Part shown: positions 41,501 through 46,236 of the stretch, one piece after another
Layout: each line of letters begins with the position of its first letter
Numbering within the stretch: position 1 is the first letter of the stretch
DNA from: a virus
Strand: one strand, 5' to 3'
Virus record (IMG/VR): IMGVR_UViG_3300050821_011268
Coordinates: 1-46,236 of that record
Length of the DNA: 46,236 nucleotides
Made by a program: the position numbers and the translations under genes
The notes under the pieces: model-generated
Seen by the model: only the letters and a program-made list of their open reading frames with translations
The model's database searches: none
Told to the model about the DNA's origin: nothing

Positions 41501-42884
41501 AGTACTCACAAGTGTGATCCCCGGAGTGACGGGCGTTGGTATCGCTCAAAATGGTTTACAAGGATTTCCTACGCTCACGCAAGATCCGCTTTATGTGACT
41601 ACCGTTTCTGATTCTACTTCTAATACTGTGGCAACGGCAGATATCGACATCGTGACGGGAAATAAAACTGTAGGCACCGCAAATAGTGGAAGTATCAATA
41701 TCACTGCGGGGACAGCGACAGGAACCCAAGGTTCAATTCGGCTACTCAAAAGTGGTGTACCTTCCGTGTCAGGCCAAGTATGGACGGCATCGGGAACAGA
41801 TGGGACAGGATATTGGCAAACTCCTTCTAGCGGAACCGTCGCTTTGAACAGCATAACGGCCGCAACCGCTACCAACACCATAAACAATCTCAATTTTGCT
41901 CAAGAATGGGATTGGAACACAATCACAACGGCCAATGCGATGAAATTCGCATCTTCCACGATCACGAGTGGTTCTCTTCTTAATCTATCGGCTTCCAGCG
42001 CCTCAAACGTTGGCCCGATCTTGGAAGTGACCAACACTTCGACAACAAGCAATTCCACGGACATCAATGTGGATGCATCGGGATCAAGTGGGACCGGCGT
42101 CAATGTGAGCGCTGTCACATCGGGCAATAGCACAGTGGGTTTCCATTCTCAAAACTCTGCAACAGGGGGAGCAACAGGACTTCAGATTGACAACACCGGC
42201 GCCACTGGTGCGGGTAAAGGCATCGTTGTAAATTTATCATCTAATAACGCAAATGCCGTAGGGCTAAACATTACTTATTCAGGCGCGACGAGTCCTGCTG
42301 ATGGAATTCAAGTAAACCAAAATGCAGGGTATGGACTCGACATTAAAAACCACACCGCAAATGCCGTCGCTCAATCCATTTTTCTCACCAATAACGACAC
42401 TAGTGCTGCGGTTGGAAATGGCGCGGAGATGGTTTTTGGAACGAGTAACGGCAGCCCCAATAAATTGATCGCAGGTGTCGCGGGCGTAGATGAAGACAAC
42501 ACGGCCACCTATGGTGGGGCCGTAGTTCTTTACACCACCAATGGCGGCGGACCTACACCCATCGAACATTTGCGGTTAGATCGTTGGGGACATCTCATCA
42601 GTAAGGGTACACTCCCGACCATAAGTGCTTGTGGAACATCTCCGTCTATAGCGGGCACCGATGTCAATGGTCGAGCGACCGTTGGCACTGGGGGAACGGC
42701 AACGAGTTGCACGGTCACCTTTGCGAATGCCTACACTAATGCTCCGACATGTTCTGGTGGGGACGAAGACTCTACGACTCCGCTTTTGACAGTTTTATCC
42801 GCGACGACCACTGCTCTGACTTTCACCGCTTCAACTCCTTTTGCGGCAGGTGATAAACTCGTCTACCATTGTTTAGGATACTAG
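38568..42884 (+). CDS. Giant tail fibre (1438 aa) with a signal-peptide-like N-terminus and duplicated modules
   Basis: MKKLTLFILAITSLICMG. Fibre motifs include LSGSPSVPSFRLLSGADL, three copies of VQFNN.G.F.GD..NFFWD....LGIGTN, and GTVTQVNTGTGITGGPITTTGTISL. Confidence 0.8.
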   Translation: MKKLTLFILAITSLICMGDVKLSQLPVGAAAATNGPDSFPYVDSVDMITKRILLSDIQNIPSLQSAFLSLAPTSANYVMAGPLSGSPSVPSFRLLSGADLNVALTQIGVSPLINNNLPLQWKDSGGTARSILNFDNTNLVTLQNPLAGSNAQLSLTNASGNGYAQLNGSSQITLTSNEVLFQGSTAPTSLVFPGSFGTVTLGAPNSSITTWAAYWPVSNGTSGQVLTTDGATPANWYWSNSSTTPPAGVTGDVQFNNAGAFGADDSNFFWDETDKRLGIGTNGPLTNIHSASSGASTTDHGITQENNSANAIGGGFILKKSRGTFSSPGAILANDALGRVLFYGYGTGYNATTPDAAMFAAAAQNFSGTAHGTNLTFSITPNNSIVRQSILGLNNDGGMVRYSPTATTQLSEYYTAGGTSYSINWPASQGTGALTNDGAGNLSWMSSAAAGATGAVQFNNAGTFAGDTSNFFWDDSGFRLGIGTNAVTSPITIQTNSFPKVISAGNSSAAAYLEFDSTNGVQYVAGADGPNNQGWAGTQSNHPFIFRTNNTGRITVSSGGNIQFNNYGEGVAQFDSSGNITSTAPGTSGNVLTSNGTTWISQTPTTGITALTGDVTASGSGSVAASVVKIQGTPVSATAPTTSQVLAYNGTAWAPATASSGTPGGTTGAIQYNNGGAFAGDASNLFWDDAGVRLGIGTNSITSPVTIVTASYPKVISATNTTAATYLEFDSTNGVQFVAMADGPNNQGLMGTQSNHQFVFRTNNTGRITVAAGGNIQFNNYGEGVAQFDSSGNITSTAPGTSGNVLTSSGGVWVSAPASGGSGTVTQVNTGTGITGGPITTTGTISLAAINNNDLLANTSGSSAAPVDTSLTALIDSAMGNSQGDILYRGASTWTVLSPGTSGFLLQTQGTGANPIWANGSSTYATTSLNNVAATSIGANLNPATTNTYQIGSSSSQWLAVSAFRYTTTNSPDSLLMGVLTSVIPGVTGVGIAQNGLQGFPTLTQDPLYVTTVSDSTSNTVATADIDIVTGNKTVGTANSGSINITAGTATGTQGSIRLLKSGVPSVSGQVWTASGTDGTGYWQTPSSGTVALNSITAATATNTINNLNFAQEWDWNTITTANAMKFASSTITSGSLLNLSASSASNVGPILEVTNTSTTSNSTDINVDASGSSGTGVNVSAVTSGNSTVGFHSQNSATGGATGLQIDNTGATGAGKGIVVNLSSNNANAVGLNITYSGATSPADGIQVNQNAGYGLDIKNHTANAVAQSIFLTNNDTSAAVGNGAEMVFGTSNGSPNKLIAGVAGVDEDNTATYGGAVVLYTTNGGGPTPIEHLRLDRWGHLISKGTLPTISACGTSPSIAGTDVNGRATVGTGGTATSCTVTFANAYTNAPTCSGGDEDSTTPLLTVLSATTTALTFTASTPFAAGDKLVYHCLGY
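39918..40989 (+). repeat. Two ~430-nt homologous modules spaced exactly 642 nt apart, with an 83-nt identical core
   Basis: Modules at 39918-40347 and 40560-40989. Nt 40242-40324 are identical to 40884-40966. A more diverged third copy starts at 39309. Confidence 0.9.
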
Positions 42885-42894
42885 GGGGGATTTC

Positions 42895-44298
42895 GTGCCG
42901 AATGTTTTAGACGCCACAGGATTGACACTCAAGACCAGCGCCGAGCTGATCGCGTACTTCACAAACGCATATCAGACCATTTATGGGGCAGATGTGAACC
43001 TTGATCAAGACAGTCCTGATGGTCAGATGATGATGATTTTTGTGCAAGCCGTGCTCGATCAACAAGACATCACCATGCAGATTTACAACTCATTTGACCC
43101 GGACAATACTTTTGGTGTGGTGCTCGATCAGCGCATTGCGATCAATGGTATTCAAAGAAAAGGCGGCACTTTTACAGTGACTCCTGAAACCATCGTTGTG
43201 GACCGGGCTCTTTCCCTCATCGGGATTAATGATGATCCGAACAATCCCTACACCGTCCAAGACAGTGCGGGAACTATGTGGCAACTTCAGACTACACAGA
43301 ATTTCGCATCGGCCGGAACTTACATTGCAAGTTTTCAAGCGGCTCTCCCTGGTGCGGTGTTGAGTTTACCCAACACCATCACCATTCCGATTACTCAAGT
43401 CCTTGGTGTAGATTCGGTCAATAATCCCTCGAGTTATTCTGTTCTGGGAATTAATGAGGAGACCGATCCCACAGTCAAAATAAGACGGCAACAATCGACG
43501 GCTTTGGGTTCGCAAGGATTTTTAAGCGGACTTTATGCGGCGTTAAACAATATCAATGGAGTGAGTTTTGCGAAAGTCTATGAGAATGACACTGGAGTCA
43601 CGGATGGGGATGGAGTTCCAAGCCATTCTATTTGGGTTATTATCGCTGGTTCTGCCGCCGCTGTTGATATTGCTAATGCGATCTATTTAAAGCGCAATGC
43701 CGGATGCGGGATGTTTGGGGCTCAATCTTATCTCATCACCCAAGCGGACGGAAGTTTATTCGCGATTCTTTGGGATTTCGTCACACCCGATACGCTCTAT
43801 ATAAAATTCACGGCCACGTCCATTGACGGCATAAACGCGCCCAATTTAGCGGCCATTAGGTCTGGGCTTGTCACAAGTTTCGTGCCTGGAGTGTACCAGA
43901 CGGTGAACATCAGTGCTTTAGCTGCGGCAGTTCAGGCCATTGATTCAAATACCCTAGTCACAAATGCTGGCTTTTCGACTTCGGCCACGGGACCGTTTAC
44001 CACCACTCTCACGCCTTCGGCCAAGAATTTGCAATTTATTGTGACGTCACCAAACATCATAATAATTCCGATCATTGAACTTCCGATAAATCCGACAGTG
44101 GCACATGGTGGAGCAATCCAATTCTCGGCCCTTGGCGGGTATGGTGCATACACCTTCACCTTGCAAGTTAACAACTCCGGTGGCACGTGCTCCACGTCGG
44201 GTGCTTATGTGGCGGGCGGAACTTTCCCGGTCACGGATACGGTGCGCGTAACGGATTCTCAAGGCAACTTCACTGATACGAATGTGAGTGTGACCTGA
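42895..44298 (+). CDS. Baseplate J-like protein with a C-terminal Ig-like domain
   Basis: GTG start after GGGGGGA. The N-terminal LKTSAELIAYFTNAYQTIYGADVNLDQDSPDGQ is Baseplate_J-like. The C-terminus has GGYGAYTFTLQVNN. Confidence 0.7.
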   Translation: MPNVLDATGLTLKTSAELIAYFTNAYQTIYGADVNLDQDSPDGQMMMIFVQAVLDQQDITMQIYNSFDPDNTFGVVLDQRIAINGIQRKGGTFTVTPETIVVDRALSLIGINDDPNNPYTVQDSAGTMWQLQTTQNFASAGTYIASFQAALPGAVLSLPNTITIPITQVLGVDSVNNPSSYSVLGINEETDPTVKIRRQQSTALGSQGFLSGLYAALNNINGVSFAKVYENDTGVTDGDGVPSHSIWVIIAGSAAAVDIANAIYLKRNAGCGMFGAQSYLITQADGSLFAILWDFVTPDTLYIKFTATSIDGINAPNLAAIRSGLVTSFVPGVYQTVNISALAAAVQAIDSNTLVTNAGFSTSATGPFTTTLTPSAKNLQFIVTSPNIIIIPIIELPINPTVAHGGAIQFSALGGYGAYTFTLQVNNSGGTCSTSGAYVAGGTFPVTDTVRVTDSQGNFTDTNVSVT

Positions 44299-44912
44299 TG
44301 ACGACTGAAGAAATCGCGGCTTATTATGCCAACTTATTGATTCTGCAATATAAAGGTAAACCGAATGCCTATGCCTTTGTTTTAGACACGGTTTTGCCGC
44401 TCATCATGGATCAAATGCCAACAACCATCCGCGATGCCTTCGACATGACATCAGCAGTCGGCGTGCAACTTGACGTCTTAGGCAAATACATTGGTGTGAC
44501 GAGATACGGGAACCGAACGAATGGCTCGACCATCACGCTCGACGATACGGACTATAGAAAACTGATCATGATGGTCCTGATCCGGAACAATAACGGAAGC
44601 AGTCTCGCCACTATCCAATCGCAACTCTCCGCAGTTTTTCCAGGGATGATTTTTGTCTCCGATACGACAACGATGTCACTAAATTATTTGCTGATTGAAA
44701 GTCTCGGCACACCCGATCTTTTGGAGATGCTCGTCACTGGAGATTTTTTACCGCGTCCCATGGGAGTCAATACGGCCGTGACCACTGAGCCGTCACATTC
44801 TTTTCCGTTCTTTGGATTCATCACCACTGTTTTCCCTGATCCGACTGTTTCGCCGTTCAACACAAATCAGATTTACAACCTAAATGCACCTTGGTTAGGT
44901 TATAACACTTAA
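44298..44912 (+). CDS. Baseplate wedge protein (DUF2612-like; Mu gp48 / P2 I position)
   Basis: EEIAAYYANLLILQYKGKPNA ... QLDVLGKYIGVTR is a DUF2612-like pattern. ATGA-type overlap with the J gene. Confidence 0.55.
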   Translation: MTTEEIAAYYANLLILQYKGKPNAYAFVLDTVLPLIMDQMPTTIRDAFDMTSAVGVQLDVLGKYIGVTRYGNRTNGSTITLDDTDYRKLIMMVLIRNNNGSSLATIQSQLSAVFPGMIFVSDTTTMSLNYLLIESLGTPDLLEMLVTGDFLPRPMGVNTAVTTEPSHSFPFFGFITTVFPDPTVSPFNTNQIYNLNAPWLGYNT

Positions 44913-44930
44913 AAGACGTGAGGATTTAAA

Positions 44931-45605
44931 ATGTCAGGTACGCCACGAAAAAATATGAAGCTCTTCGGCTCAACGCCCGGAGTGAATCAGGTTTCTCAAT
45001 TCGGAAGTAGGTTCAATGGTGCGGTCAATTACACAACCGATGTGGAAGTGATTCAAGGGCTCTCCAATTGGTTAACTGGCTGGTATGAAGCGGTCTTAGG
45101 CGGGAATGCTCCAACGATCCAAGACACAAACGCTGCGTTCATCGTTTTTGCCTATCAACTCTTTTACCTTTTTGAAAAGGGTGTGGCCGAGTGGAACGCG
45201 AACACGACTTATTATGTGGGGAGCTTAGTTAATAGCGGCGGCATTCTTTATGTCTCGATTGCGAATGCGAATTTAGACAACCCGCTCTCTGATCTCGCGC
45301 ATTGGAAAGTGCTCGGTAACGGTATCCGCGTAGTGACGGCCGCAGACACCATGCAGGCCACGGACGATTACATTCGTGGTGCGATCACCGGGCCTGTCAC
45401 CGAATCACTTCTTCAGGTGAGCACTCTCGCCGTGGGGCAAAGACTCAAACTCAAAAACGTTTCAGGCAACGGAAGTGCCTGGACCATCGCAGCTTATGCA
45501 GGCGACAACATCGACGGCCAAAGCTCGATTGTTCTCAATAGCACCAATTCTTTGGAGAGTGTTGACTTGATCGCGGTTGGATCTAATACTTGGGACATCG
45601 TATAG
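44931..45605 (+). CDS. Short tail fibre / receptor-binding protein with a CBM5/12-like aromatic motif
   Basis: EWNANTTYYVGSLVNSGGILYVSIANANLDNPLSDLAHW fits W..T.Y..G..V...G..Y........P......W. SD GTGAGGA. Confidence 0.5.
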   Translation: MSGTPRKNMKLFGSTPGVNQVSQFGSRFNGAVNYTTDVEVIQGLSNWLTGWYEAVLGGNAPTIQDTNAAFIVFAYQLFYLFEKGVAEWNANTTYYVGSLVNSGGILYVSIANANLDNPLSDLAHWKVLGNGIRVVTAADTMQATDDYIRGAITGPVTESLLQVSTLAVGQRLKLKNVSGNGSAWTIAAYAGDNIDGQSSIVLNSTNSLESVDLIAVGSNTWDIV

Positions 45606-45616
45606 GAGATATGATT

Positions 45617-46192
45617 ATGAAATACCTTTTGGGCTTTGCAGCATTTCTTCTCTGTTCTCTAGCCACGGCGAGCTTCTTTGTACCGCCTCACGGAATAACG
45701 CTTCCGATGCACCAGCCAGGCGAAGTGCTTATGTGGGGCGGCTCCAGTTGCCCTACCGGCACCCTCCCCATGAATGGTGGGGGTTATTCGACAAGTGCTC
45801 CCTATGCGGCTCTATACGCGATTCTGGGCTATACCTATGGTGGTAGTGGCGGCACCTTTAATGTGCCCAATACTGGTGGGGTGTTCATCAGGGGATCGGG
45901 TTCCCAGACCATTGGTCCGACCCTTTATTCGGGCACGCGCGGGACCGCTCAGAATGACCATTTTGCGAGCCACATTCATAACGTCTATGGCGGATCGGCC
46001 GGGAGCACTTACACGACCATTGGCAACGTCGCGGCCTATGGAATAGGCGGTTCATCCGGGGGTACCGGCTATCAATACTACACCACCGTTCCGGCAGGTC
46101 CAGGAACGAACGAGCCCTTCATCCAGGCGACAGGTGTTGGGACCGAGACACAGCCCGCAAACATCGTTATGCTTTATTGCATAGTGTACTGA
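45617..46192 (+). CDS. Phage tail-collar (MdpB-like) domain protein with a signal-peptide-like N-terminus; spans the circular junction
   Basis: MKYLLGFAAFLLCSLATA-SF. Collar pattern: MWGGSSCPTGTLPMNGG ... YAALYAILGYTYGG ... FNVPNTGGVFIRG ... HIH ... ETQPANIVMLYCI. ATG 45617 lies 8 nt after AGGAG. Confidence 0.75.
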   Translation: MKYLLGFAAFLLCSLATASFFVPPHGITLPMHQPGEVLMWGGSSCPTGTLPMNGGGYSTSAPYAALYAILGYTYGGSGGTFNVPNTGGVFIRGSGSQTIGPTLYSGTRGTAQNDHFASHIHNVYGGSAGSTYTTIGNVAAYGIGGSSGGTGYQYYTTVPAGPGTNEPFIQATGVGTETQPANIVMLYCIVY

Positions 46193-46236
46193 CCATGGTC
46201 ACTAACGTGGAGTTTCCTCAAGTGGATGCAGGGCTT
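46140..46236. repeat. Terminal direct repeat, copy 2 (identical to 1..97)
   Basis: Base-by-base identity with the first 97 nt of the window. Confidence 0.95.

Noticed and set aside
1-46236. Temperate lifestyle / prophage
   Set aside because: XRE-, Cro- and Fis-type HTH genes are present. I found no integrase, recombinase, excisionase, partition system or att-like tRNA fragment, so lysogeny cannot be claimed. It also cannot be strictly excluded.
1-46236. CRISPR arrays, rRNA genes, IS elements or transposases
   Set aside because: I saw no regularly spaced direct repeats with unique spacers, no rRNA-like sequence, and no transposase-like ORF or terminal inverted repeats.

Overview
The window is a complete, circularly closed genome of a tailed dsDNA phage. 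Nt 1-97 are identical to nt 46140-46236, giving a unique length of 46,139 bp, and the tail-collar gene reads through this junction. Coding density is very high, and genes are chained by ATGA / TAATG / GTGA stop-start overlaps. Two transcription units diverge from a 15-bp gap at 12349-12363. The leftward early/replication unit runs from 12348 down to about 1600. It holds an SNF2 helicase, a non-canonical tRNA-like gene, a Cas4-like DUF2800 nuclease, a DUF2815 SSB, XRE- and Fis-type HTH proteins, a CsrA homologue, a family-A DNA polymerase and many tiny Cys-rich or membrane proteins. The rightward unit runs from 12364 across the junction to a terminator near 1068. It holds a Cro-like HTH, a prim-pol/P4-type helicase, a 500-bp iteron-rich non-coding region, HNH, terS, terL, portal, a MuF-like head protein, a DUF2213 scaffold/protease, a decoration protein, a DUF2184-type capsid and connectors. 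It continues with a contractile-tail module (DUF3383 sheath, DUF3277 tube, chaperone with a -1 frame extension, tape measure, Mu-like baseplate, fibres) and ends with a lysis-like cluster. I saw no integrase, recombinase, partition gene, CRISPR array, rRNA or transposon. The most unusual points are these: (1) the portal ORF carries a C-terminal Nudix hydrolase domain with a perfect Nudix box; (2) five proteins of the virion module, including a 1438-aa fibre inserted between baseplate W and J, start with Sec-type signal-peptide-like segments; (3) between portal and MuF, three ORFs overlap in all three forward frames, and the middle one has a textbook SEC-C motif; (4) there is a phage CsrA homologue with a GGA-rich leader and a coupled 16-codon mini-ORF; (5) there is a 102-nt tRNA-like gene with canonical acceptor, D and T arms but no recognisable anticodon arm. 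All family names come from motif recognition by eye, with no database search. The host is unknown, although the CsrA homologue and Fis-type HTH proteins hint at a Gram-negative host.
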